DNA of 40,871 nucleotides from a virus (taxonomy: Duplodnaviria > Caudoviricetes), in IMG/VR virus record IMGVR_UViG_3300030376_005400, positions 1 to 40,871 of that record. The stretch is one strand, 5' to 3'. The stretch's first letter is position 1. Each line of letters opens with the position of its first letter. The translations under genes and the position numbers were made by a program. The notes under the pieces were generated by a model. It did no database searches and was not told the DNA's origin. It worked only from the letters and a program-made list of their open reading frames with translations. Positions 16,251-25,500 of the stretch are shown piece by piece.

Positions 16251-17063
16251 ATGAGTCTTTTTCCGATTCATATAGATGAAAAAGGACGTTACGTTCACAC
16301 ATGGGTTAGGCAATCGTCTGTAAAGACAGCCGACATGTGCATGGAGCGTCTAAGAAATAGCATGTTTCACTTGAGTGAAGAACCCAAGAACGATGGGGCT
16401 GAGTTAGGCACAGCGTGCCATCAAGCCGTAGAGGACTTGTTGATGTCTCGCATTGAGAAAGAAGCTGAAATGACAGAGCATGACATGTATGACGCATTTG
16501 ACTACTACTGGGACGAAATGTCGGAAGAAGTAGACAACTGGTACTCGTACGGAAATGCTAAAACAGCGTGGGATAACGGACGTGGGAAGTTGGGAAACTG
16601 GTATCACAACGTTTTACCCATGATTCAAAATCCTGTGGGTGTAGAAGTGGGCTTTAACAAGTTGCTTATAGAGGACGATGAACGTGTTGTGTATTTGCGT
16701 GGAACTGTAGACCTCGTAGAGGAGGGAGTTCTTTGGGATTGGAAATTCCCTAAAGCAGATTACACACGTGACCGTTGGCAATATGACCGATGGGACGTTC
16801 AAAGCATCGCCTACACATGGGCGTTAGATGTTCCTACCTTTAGGTTTGGTGTTATGCACAATAAAGGTTGGGGAACAATGGAATTTACACGCAACGAATC
16901 ACATGTAGAGTGGTTGCGTAACAAGGTCGCTAGTATCTGCCGATACGTTGAAAACCAAACAGCTCCTTGGCTGTTAGGGGACAATGGTTGGTGGTGTAGT
17001 GAAAAATGGTGTCCATCTTGGACACAATGTAAGGGTAAGAAAAGCCCAGAAAGCGAGGAATAA
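16251..17063 (+). CDS. Cas4/RecB-like PD-(D/E)XK exonuclease
   Basis: GTACH, GTVDLVE, DWK, QSIAY and four Cys (CMER; CSEKWCPSWTQC); start moved to ATG 16251. Confidence 0.85.
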   Translation: MSLFPIHIDEKGRYVHTWVRQSSVKTADMCMERLRNSMFHLSEEPKNDGAELGTACHQAVEDLLMSRIEKEAEMTEHDMYDAFDYYWDEMSEEVDNWYSYGNAKTAWDNGRGKLGNWYHNVLPMIQNPVGVEVGFNKLLIEDDERVVYLRGTVDLVEEGVLWDWKFPKADYTRDRWQYDRWDVQSIAYTWALDVPTFRFGVMHNKGWGTMEFTRNESHVEWLRNKVASICRYVENQTAPWLLGDNGWWCSEKWCPSWTQCKGKKSPESEE

Positions 17064-17064
17064 C

Positions 17065-17766
17065 ATGGCTTACTCCATGACTCCTTATGAAAGAGCGTCC
17101 ATAGAGGCGCAAGTCTGTATAAAAGCAGGCGTTGAGATGGCCGTAGCTGAAATAAGCAACGGCGGTTCAGGTGGTGTGTCACTTGCTTTAGCAAATGCAC
17201 TAGCACTTGCTGAATCACTTGGTGACTTGAAAGATGTCATCGTTGGTGAAAATGCAAGCGCACCTACTCCTGTTCCGATGACTACAGAGGCAGACATAAA
17301 GACTGCGTTCCCAACTGCGGTAACGCAAACCACTCCCTCTGGGCAAACATCACAATACATCTCCGATGAGGATTACTCATTGGTCAACAAATTATTCATG
17401 CACGAGAAGGCAAATGGCATAGCCTACGCCTCCAAGGACTCGGTATTCATGGATAACCAAGCTATTAGGAAGCTATTTGCCGAAGGCACAAGGCAATTCC
17501 CACCAGACTACTGGGCGGAATCCATGCGTGGCAGAGAAATACCTACAACTAAAACAGGCAAATGTGCTCTTGGTGATTTTAAAATCAAAAAGGGTACAAA
17601 CGTAAGTGCTGATGGCACTCCCATTTTGGGGAATGGTGAAGGCAATCACCCACTTGCGAACAAATCAGGTTACTTCGGTGGCTTGGTTAACCACACGCCT
17701 TTTAGTTGGCCTGACCGTCCTGCACCTATTGACCCTAATGGGTGGTTAGCAGGAATAAGTGGCTAA
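17065..17766 (+). CDS. Hypothetical replication/recombination-associated protein
   Basis: Start moved to ATG 17065 (GAGG SD); between exonuclease and helicase, a slot often held by SSB or annealase genes. Confidence 0.65.
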   Translation: MAYSMTPYERASIEAQVCIKAGVEMAVAEISNGGSGGVSLALANALALAESLGDLKDVIVGENASAPTPVPMTTEADIKTAFPTAVTQTTPSGQTSQYISDEDYSLVNKLFMHEKANGIAYASKDSVFMDNQAIRKLFAEGTRQFPPDYWAESMRGREIPTTKTGKCALGDFKIKKGTNVSADGTPILGNGEGNHPLANKSGYFGGLVNHTPFSWPDRPAPIDPNGWLAGISG

Positions 17767-18745
17767 CAAGCGTCTGTCCATGACAGATGCAATGGATTTG
17801 CTGGGGCAGTCACAAACTGCCTCAGCAGTCCATAAAGACGTTAAAGGGGTCAGTGACTCAGACCTAAAGCGATTGTTCACACCTAAGACAGAGCAGATGA
17901 AACGTATGCGCTCTGATCTCCGTGCAGGCGGAGAGTGGCGCTTTGGTATTGAGGCCTTTGACTCAGCGACTCTAGGAGGCGCACGAGCAGGACAGCTTGT
18001 AACCCTCATAGGGAAAACGCATACAGGTAAGACTATGGTAGCCATGAATATGGTTGCGAAGAACAAGAACCACCGTACTCTATGGGTGAGTCCAGATGAG
18101 ACAGAGACTATGTTCTGGGGCCGATACTCGGCCATGCAACTGCAGATTCCCCAATCTGACTGGCTATCTAGGCTGATGCGACAGGACGAGATGGCGTGGG
18201 AGCGCACATCTCAGATAGTCCAAGACCAGAAGAACCTACATTTTGAGTCCACAGGCATGTCTGTAGACGACCTAGATAAAGCTTTACGAATAGCATCAAC
18301 AGAGCTGTGGGACGGTGAACGTCCACATGTTCTCGTGTATGACTACCTTGAGCTGATAAGGGGTGGCACAGGTGATGCACAAAGCGTGCAAGCCAAGATT
18401 GAATCCTTTAAACAGCTAGTTTCGGATTGGCGTATAATAGGCGTTATGTTACATCAGTCTGGTCGTGGTTCAGGTACTCGTGGAACTGCAGGAGGTATTG
18501 ACTCTGGCAGATACGGTTCTACATCTGAAAGCCATTTCGTTATAGAGACATGGCGTAGATGGGACGACACTAGCCTTGACGAGGAAGATCGTGCCTACTA
18601 CCAGAATGAGATAAGCGTTGGCTTATGGAAGAACAAGGCAGGTGAAGGAACCAAGGCCGAAGCGAACCTGACCATAGACCCAAGCGGACGACTGCTTGAA
18701 GCAGGCGTAACGTGGGAGCAGAGGGAGTTGGATTTAGATGAATGA
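17759..18745 (+). CDS. dnaB: DnaB-like (SF4) helicase
   Basis: GKTHTGKT, SPDET, LVYDYLELI, LHQ, KNK.G; no N-terminal primase domain. Confidence 0.85.
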   Translation: MANKRLSMTDAMDLLGQSQTASAVHKDVKGVSDSDLKRLFTPKTEQMKRMRSDLRAGGEWRFGIEAFDSATLGGARAGQLVTLIGKTHTGKTMVAMNMVAKNKNHRTLWVSPDETETMFWGRYSAMQLQIPQSDWLSRLMRQDEMAWERTSQIVQDQKNLHFESTGMSVDDLDKALRIASTELWDGERPHVLVYDYLELIRGGTGDAQSVQAKIESFKQLVSDWRIIGVMLHQSGRGSGTRGTAGGIDSGRYGSTSESHFVIETWRRWDDTSLDEEDRAYYQNEISVGLWKNKAGEGTKAEANLTIDPSGRLLEAGVTWEQRELDLDE

Positions 18746-19757
18746 ACAACTAGTCCGAGATTTCATAACGCTCTTTAAAGGGTTTCCTAACGCTTACGGA
18801 ACTAACGAAGGTGGGTGTAGATGGGAAAAGCCAAACTTTGAGAACCATCTCTTCGGAGATAGGGAAGATGACATGATTGGTACATACCCAATGGTTTACG
18901 ATCCCTATTGCAAGATAGAGATGCAAGGACCAGAAGCCTATGACTCTGAGCGTAAATACGCAGAAATGCAACCAGATATGTGGCATTGTATTTGGGGTGC
19001 TATTGACATAGACGAAGGCGATGAATCGCTAGACTATGCCTTTAACGCCCAGACAATACTTAGAGCTTTAGAGATACCTAGTTGGGTAGAACTCTCAAGG
19101 TCTAAAGGCTGTCATGTGTGGGTATTTTGTGAGGAATGGGTTACCGCCAAGCTGATACGCAAGGTGTTAAAGGGTGTTATGCAAATAGGCAAGATACCTT
19201 ACGATGCTGCGTATCCCAAGCAAGATTCTCTTGATGGGCCAGTTGGTAACTACATGAGGCTTCCTTATGGGTGTAAGCGACCTAAACAACGTCAGGAAAT
19301 GATAAACCATACAGGTGAACCATACGACTTAGAGTCGTTTCTGTTTACAGCGATTGACAGAAGGGCTAGCAAAGTGGCTTTAGAGGCAGCGTCTGCGCTG
19401 TACAAAGAGCCACAGGCTGACTTGCCACCTCCACGTGAATACTCCAAAGAGCCGTTGATGACAGCAGATGGAAGTAAACTCCGTGGAGCTTCTAGACGAA
19501 TGTATGAAGACGGTCCTGTTGACTATTTCCTTAACGGACAAGGCGCAGGACGTGGCCGTCACGGCTTTCTACATAGATTTGCTAGAGCAATGTGGGAGTC
19601 AAAGTACCAGAGAGGTGATATAGTTTCATGGACTGCAGATCTAGACGCTCGTCTTGGTCTATGGTTTAGTGAAGGACCTAAATTCTCTGGGAGGCGAGAT
19701 GCCGAAAAGCAAATCCAAAAAATCGTTGATGACGCAGGCTCAAGAGCCTTGCGTTGA
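18738..19757 (+). CDS. AEP-family primase-polymerase
   Basis: AIDID, SRSKGCHVWVF, GNYMRLPY; helical C-terminal domain. Confidence 0.8.
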   Translation: MNEQLVRDFITLFKGFPNAYGTNEGGCRWEKPNFENHLFGDREDDMIGTYPMVYDPYCKIEMQGPEAYDSERKYAEMQPDMWHCIWGAIDIDEGDESLDYAFNAQTILRALEIPSWVELSRSKGCHVWVFCEEWVTAKLIRKVLKGVMQIGKIPYDAAYPKQDSLDGPVGNYMRLPYGCKRPKQRQEMINHTGEPYDLESFLFTAIDRRASKVALEAASALYKEPQADLPPPREYSKEPLMTADGSKLRGASRRMYEDGPVDYFLNGQGAGRGRHGFLHRFARAMWESKYQRGDIVSWTADLDARLGLWFSEGPKFSGRRDAEKQIQKIVDDAGSRALR

Positions 19758-20088
19758 GTTCATTGTTGAGGGCCGACCCAAGCCAAAGGGTCGGCCTCGC
19801 ATGACTCGTAGGGGTAGAGTGTATACACCCATAGAAACGATAGAAGCTGAAGAGCTTTATGCTGAAACAATTGCAGGTAAATACGAGCAATTTGAAGGAC
19901 CTGTGACAGTAATACTTAAATTCAGCAAAGACAACACTTACGTTCAGATCTGTTCAGCAGGAGATTGGAAATCTCCCTTGCGTGGAGATCTGGACAATTA
20001 TATTAAATTGGCTTTAGACGGCATACAGCGTGCAGGACTTATCAAAAACGACAAACAAGTTGTCCACGTTGATGCCATTAAGGTATGA
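19699..20088 (+). CDS. rusA: RusA-like Holliday junction resolvase
   Basis: GRPKPKGRPR..VYTP, DLDNYIKLALDG, NDKQV; start moved to ATG 19699 after GGGAGG. Confidence 0.85.
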   Translation: MPKSKSKKSLMTQAQEPCVEFIVEGRPKPKGRPRMTRRGRVYTPIETIEAEELYAETIAGKYEQFEGPVTVILKFSKDNTYVQICSAGDWKSPLRGDLDNYIKLALDGIQRAGLIKNDKQVVHVDAIKV

Positions 20089-20089
20089 G

Positions 20090-20527
20090 ATGAGTTTTAA
20101 GGATAGAGATTTTGAACACAGGTTTAAGATGATGGGCGACATAGCAGAACAAGCATTTGAAACCGTATGGCACACCAACTGGGAAAGATTTGGATTAAAT
20201 AGGCCTAGGTTAAAGATGAGTGCTTTGCCACCAGTAATACGGCACACGCCTGATTACCTAACATCTAACAACCTCGTAGAAGTGCAAGGTTTAGGCAAGG
20301 ATCAAACGCTTAAGCTTAAGCTTGAAAAGTACGAAACGCTAGAGTGGTGGAACAAAGTTCACCCACTTTTGTTCTTCGTTTATGACTCGCATAATGATCG
20401 GGCGCATTCCCTTGAATGGAAAGCCCTTAAGAAACTGTGCAAATACGCACCAGTTCAAGAATTTCCTGAAGGGAAAAAGTACTATGCGATACATGCTGAA
20501 CTAATATGGAGTAATGGCAAAGCGTGA
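20090..20527 (+). CDS. PD-(D/E)XK-like nuclease
   Basis: GDIAEQAF, TPDYL, VEVQG; start moved to ATG 20090. Confidence 0.55.
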   Translation: MSFKDRDFEHRFKMMGDIAEQAFETVWHTNWERFGLNRPRLKMSALPPVIRHTPDYLTSNNLVEVQGLGKDQTLKLKLEKYETLEWWNKVHPLLFFVYDSHNDRAHSLEWKALKKLCKYAPVQEFPEGKKYYAIHAELIWSNGKA

Positions 20528-20894
20528 CTTTATTATTGACCCGATTGAAGCATCGTGGATATTTGATAAAGCATACAGCAAACAAAAACACAGAGTAGCC
20601 ACAGCAATGGAGGCCCTTATGCTTGCCGAACCTCACAGAACGCCTGAAGTTTCTCTAGAGGAACAACACGATCTGAGGGAGATCCTTGTTAGCGCTTTAG
20701 ACACACTTGATCCTATGGAGCTTTGGATCATTAACGCTTTACTGTTTGAAAAATTAAGTTTACGAGAAGTTCAACACATATTAGGAATACCAAAAACCAC
20801 TCTCGCTAGAAAGCGAGACAAAATCTTAGAAAAGCTAAGAAACAAAATACGAACCATTCCACAGGTAAAGGAGTATCTAGATGGACAACAATAA
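20514..20894 (+). CDS. Sigma-70 region 4-like HTH protein (candidate late activator)
   Basis: ALDTLDP.E..II...FEKLSLREVQHILGIPKTTLARKRDKILEKLR. Confidence 0.8.
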   Translation: MAKRDFIIDPIEASWIFDKAYSKQKHRVATAMEALMLAEPHRTPEVSLEEQHDLREILVSALDTLDPMELWIINALLFEKLSLREVQHILGIPKTTLARKRDKILEKLRNKIRTIPQVKEYLDGQQ

Positions 20895-21441
20895 CGACAT
20901 AATGCCTAGGTATTGGGAAGATGCAGCAGGCCTAATGGCCTTCAGGATAGACGATGCCAGAGGCAGAGGATTAAAACACCCAAATGCAGAAGAAGGATTC
21001 TTTGCATTGCTCAAAGCCATACGTGAAGAATACGACACGTGGTGCATGAAACTCTATGGGGTACTAGACGAAGACATTGACGAAACAGTAGTAGCTAATT
21101 GGTTTACTGCGTTTGCGACACTGGTTCTAGACGCAGGTGAAACACATATAGAGATCAACATTCCCGATGCGGAATCATTGTTGCCGTTGCTTGTAGCAAA
21201 ACAACATGATTACGGACACATGAATATCCAAAAATTTGGGTTAGACGGCATTCTTGTGAGAATGCACGACAAAATAGCTCGCTTGGAGAACCTGACAATG
21301 CGTTCTTACGACATGGGCGATGATGAACTTTGCGAAGCAAAAGCTGACACCATCGCAGATCTAGTGGGGTATTGCATAATTGCGTGCATGTACGCCTATG
21401 AAATATGGATGCTCCCTATGCAACTTGACGACATTGACTAA
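20881..21441 (+). CDS. DUF1599 / nucleotide-modification-associated domain 1 protein
   Basis: KQHDYG, GILVRMHDKIARLENL, DTIADLVGY. Confidence 0.8.
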   Translation: MDNNNDIMPRYWEDAAGLMAFRIDDARGRGLKHPNAEEGFFALLKAIREEYDTWCMKLYGVLDEDIDETVVANWFTAFATLVLDAGETHIEINIPDAESLLPLLVAKQHDYGHMNIQKFGLDGILVRMHDKIARLENLTMRSYDMGDDELCEAKADTIADLVGYCIIACMYAYEIWMLPMQLDDID

Positions 21442-21623
21442 TGAAGCATCAGGTCCACATACATCAACAGCGCTTACGACAAGGAAAACCTGCAATCATA
21501 CACAGAACCTATAAAGGGTCTGAATATCACCAAGAGTTTGAGGTCCCTAAAGGAGCTAGGGTTATACAGCCAGAGAAGCCACTTTCTTGTGGCGCTCGTG
21601 CATGGATTGAATGGGAAGATTAA
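21441..21623 (+). CDS. Conserved small phage protein (KPLSCGARxWIE family)
   Basis: VHIHQ...KPLSCGARAWIE. Confidence 0.7.
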   Translation: MKHQVHIHQQRLRQGKPAIIHRTYKGSEYHQEFEVPKGARVIQPEKPLSCGARAWIEWED

Positions 21624-21787
21624 CTGTCTCTGCTTAAAGCTTTAGATACAGGGTTCTTAAAGAGGCAACCACCAATAAACGCTATTGCAGCGTCTCCACC
21701 AATGGTCCCTACTGCTGCAAGTACAACAACAGCGCAAACACCTACAATTGTAAGCAATTCGCTCTTTAGCTCTTTTACACTGTCCAT
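21620..21787 (-). CDS. Putative holin (55 aa)
   Basis: Not in the ORF track: MDSVKELKSELLTIVGVCAVVVLAAVGTIGGDAAIAFIGGCLFKNPVSKALSRDS*; GGAG SD; follows the endolysin. Confidence 0.6.
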   Translation of the reverse strand: MDSVKELKSELLTIVGVCAVVVLAAVGTIGGDAAIAFIGGCLFKNPVSKALSRDS

Positions 21788-22518
21788 AAATATCTCCATG
21801 TCACTGGTCCAATAACTCCATCGTTTACGATGGGGTGTTGTTTTTGAAAGCGCAATACCGCTTTCTTGGTATTTTTACCGTAAATACCATCAACGACCAG
21901 CTTAACAGGAAGTCGTGCATTTAGCTGAGTTTGAGCCATTTGCACGTATTTACCTCTAGAGCCTTTACGTAATGGTTTACGTTGTAGCTTTACGCCTATG
22001 TCCAACAAGGCTTGCCTAATACCACTGAAATCTATTTTTTTAGGATTTTCACTGGCTTCTGGCATTCCTGCTTTAATCCAACTAGCTATAGCATTAGATG
22101 GACAATAGGTCTTTGCAAAGTCTCGGTGACATTTAATCCATAAATGATCACCGTATTTTTTACGCACGCCCTCAACAGCAGTACGTATTCCTTCTTTGCC
22201 TTTCTCAGTGATCTCGTCACCTGAGCCTATATAAGACAAAGATATAGTTCTCCAATTCCAACCTCTTGTAGCTGCGCCTTGATGCCAACCACGCCCTTCA
22301 AAAATCTCTCCATTTTCTCCAATTAAGAAATTGTACCCAATTGATTTCCAACCAAGAGTTTTGGTGTGGTAGTGATCATGGCTTTTTACACGCTCGGCAG
22401 GCATTGATGAAGCACCAGTAGTGTGATGCACAACGATGCCAACAGGTTTAAAACGAAACGGAGATAGCCGTTTTCCTGATTCAATCGCTCCCCATTCTTT
22501 ACGAGTAATAAATTCCAT
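21775..22518 (-). CDS. Endolysin: PGRP-like N-acetylmuramoyl-L-alanine amidase plus peptidoglycan-binding domain
   Basis: VVHHT, GW.SIGYNF, IFEGRG, HRD..T.CP; VDGIYG..T..AV..FQ...DGVIGP.TW. Confidence 0.92.
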   Translation of the reverse strand: MEFITRKEWGAIESGKRLSPFRFKPVGIVVHHTTGASSMPAERVKSHDHYHTKTLGWKSIGYNFLIGENGEIFEGRGWHQGAATRGWNWRTISLSYIGSGDEITEKGKEGIRTAVEGVRKKYGDHLWIKCHRDFAKTYCPSNAIASWIKAGMPEASENPKKIDFSGIRQALLDIGVKLQRKPLRKGSRGKYVQMAQTQLNARLPVKLVVDGIYGKNTKKAVLRFQKQHPIVNDGVIGPVTWRYLWTV

Positions 22519-22540
22519 ATCTATAAGTCTCCTTGTCCCT
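22519..22540 (-). promoter_or_regulatory. Putative late promoter (AGGGACA-N6-CTTATA)
   Basis: Motif immediately upstream of the endolysin ATG. Confidence 0.5.
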
Positions 22541-25500
22541 AGTTGTTGTTGTGAATAGCGTCCAGCAACTGTAAGCGGTTAGCATCAGTTGTTTTCTGCC
22601 TGTTTTCGTAATATTGCCCTGTTTGAGCTTGCTCTATTTCATAAGGGCTAAGTGTTCTTAGACCTATTCCAAAGAACCAACTCATTATATTAGAGAAATG
22701 CCTTTCTTGGTATTTCTCCTCAGTAGGAGCTATCCTACGCAAATCGCTAATAGGAGGCGTTACTTGTGTTAAGAAGTGTAGCCACTTAGATTTTATAGCA
22801 TAACCACCGTTAGGTAAAGGCTGTGCAACACCTTGAGATTCTAACAGTGGCATTAACAACGGAACTTTTTCCAACCAGAAAGGCACATGTTCATACCTGT
22901 CTTTAAAAGAATAGTCTTTCCAAATGTTCCTATTCATCATCAACTCCAAAGGAGCTTTAGCTAATGGAGTCATCATTGACGCTCCAGAGCGCAATGTGGC
23001 TCCTACTGCGCCCAATACGTCGCCTTGAGCTAATTCACTTACAGGCTCATTAAGCATGTCAAAAGTAGAACGAACAGGAAGATCTGGCATAAAGTAAACA
23101 GGGTTTCCTTGCACATCCATACTTGCAGGCAATCGCACACCGCCCTGCCTTAACATCCAATCAGGAACAGGGCCAACATTTCTATCTTCCTTATCAGATA
23201 AGGCACGCATCATTATCGCATATCTGTGGAACTTAGCTGGCTGTTGAAAGAACTGCCCAATAGTCAAAGGAATAGCGTGACGTGACCACGTATAAAACGG
23301 AATCAATCTTTTAATTTTTCGTTCAGTTTGGCTTAAATCAGAGTAATCAAAATGCCATTTAACAATGTTGTCCCAAGCGTCATCCACAGTTCCGCCAGAG
23401 TTTAACGTGTGCAACCCTAAAGAACCCCTCACTACGTCTTCTACAGTAGCGTTAGCTCCTCTAAATTTCTTAAGAACAATGAACTGAGAACTGAAAGGCA
23501 TAGCTGCTCGTACGTTCCAATCTCTTCCCCTCCATCGTTTAACAGTCTGTATTTCCCTGTTCCCAATTTTTATTGCTCGTTTAGAATCAGGAATAAATTC
23601 TTGCCCATAAAATCCAGATCCTTCTTTCCCTATTAAACCACCGTCCATCATTGCACGAACTGCGTTAATGTCTTTAGGGTTAGTCTTCTTGCGTGCTGCA
23701 TCAGCTAATTGCTGTGCGTCACGCAATACACGCCTACGCAATTTTGGTTTAGAAGCTCCAAATATAGCTGCGTCAGCTATCTCGTCTTGGTACTTTAAGT
23801 ACTTATAGGCGTTTAAAAAATTGCTATAAGCGCTTACAGGGACATCAGCTAAATAGTTCATCCATAAAGCTCCGTAAAAGTTTCTAGCCAAGAAGCCTGC
23901 TTTTAAAATCATGTAACCTTTTGTAACGTTATGAACGTTGTCGTAATACTGAACAAGGGTTTTAGGGGGTTTACCTGTAGTTTCTAACCCAAGTTTTGTT
24001 GTTCCCATTATTGTTTCAGTTATTCCTTCTCTACTAGAATTAGCTAAACCAACTGGGTTCTTAGCAGCATCATGTGCATAGATTAATGATGTGAAAAGAC
24101 GTTCTTTCGTCTTTTCACTCATTTCTGAGTAGTTAGGTACAAATAACTGATCTACATCTGGTTTAGGATTATTTAAAGTCTTAAGAACATAGTCAATTTC
24201 ATCTAAGTCATTAATTCCTATTTGCTTTAAAGAAGCTGAAAAATCTAAAAGATTTTCCAAGCTTCCTATCGCTAACAAATCATCCTCAGCAAAACCATCT
24301 ATCATATTTTTAAGTTTGTTTCTGGCATCAACATGAAGCTGTATGCGTTGAGTAACATAATCTAGCGCCTGTTTCTCTTGAAGGATACGCAACTCCACAT
24401 CCTCTAACTCTTTGGCTAAGCCTGTTGCTTCAATTTCATCATCAGGCATCCACCTTCTAAGCTTTTCAACGTCTTTAGACAATTGCGTATCATAAGGCCT
24501 AGAAGTTCTTATCTTATGCAAATCCCCTAAAGCTTTGAGTCTGTCCATGTAGTGAGCTTGCAAATTTTCCATATTGTACTTAATCTGCTTAGATTCGTTA
24601 ATGTTTTCAAAAACGTCTTTCTTTAACAGACTGTAGTTTTCTCGGCCAATATCGTAAGCAGCTTGATCTTTAATATCAAGCGCTTTTTGCAACCCTTTTC
24701 TTTCTACTATTTTCCCTTTAGGTCTTCCCCCTTTAAGGAATAAAGGAAACATGTTTCCCCTAGCGGAAGCTTGCAAAGCTTCATAAGCAGCTTTGTCAGC
24801 AACACTTGCGCCTTTAAAATCAAGAGTTGGATTATTCAAAAAGTTTCTTACTTGCTCATCGTAACGTTTAATAAGTGATTCTCGTGTAGGTATTTTACTT
24901 GCAACAATTTCGTCAATAAGCTCCTGTTCGTCAGCGTTCCACCATTTCTTCCATTTTTCATCAAGTACAGGATTGTCGTTAAAAGCATAAATCTTTTGAT
25001 CTGTGTAAAGTTCATTAAACCCTGCGACTACATGATGCGTGTCAGAAGGCATAGGTACTTCTGCAGGCCTATCCTTAATTGTCATTGATTCCATGTCTGC
25101 AAATGGTTCTCTCCTAGAAGGAACATTTGGATCACGTTCTAACACTTTAAATTTATTAACATACGTTTCCGCATCAACTTCACGCAAAGTACCCTCAGCT
25201 ATTAACTGCTTTACAGTGTCGTCACCACCCCTGAACGTATCTGCTAAACCTTTAGCCGTATAAACCCTTGTAACTAAACCAGTACGCATTTGCTCATTTG
25301 ACGCTGCCAAGAAATGATGCACGTCTATAGCAGCATTGATTTGCTGTCTCGCTCTATGGGCAGCCCACTCAGGATCAACAACAATCGCATTAGGGTTAGT
25401 AATTATGTAATCCATTGTAAATGGGGCTTGAACAGTGCCTTTACGAGCTTGCTCTACTGGGTCCGCCATAGCGTCCCAAGTCTCATTCTCAAGGTCAGAA

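Noticed and set aside
21620-21623. Terminator between the convergent middle and late units
   Set aside because: The stop codons overlap (TTAA) and no hairpin/U-tract is visible.
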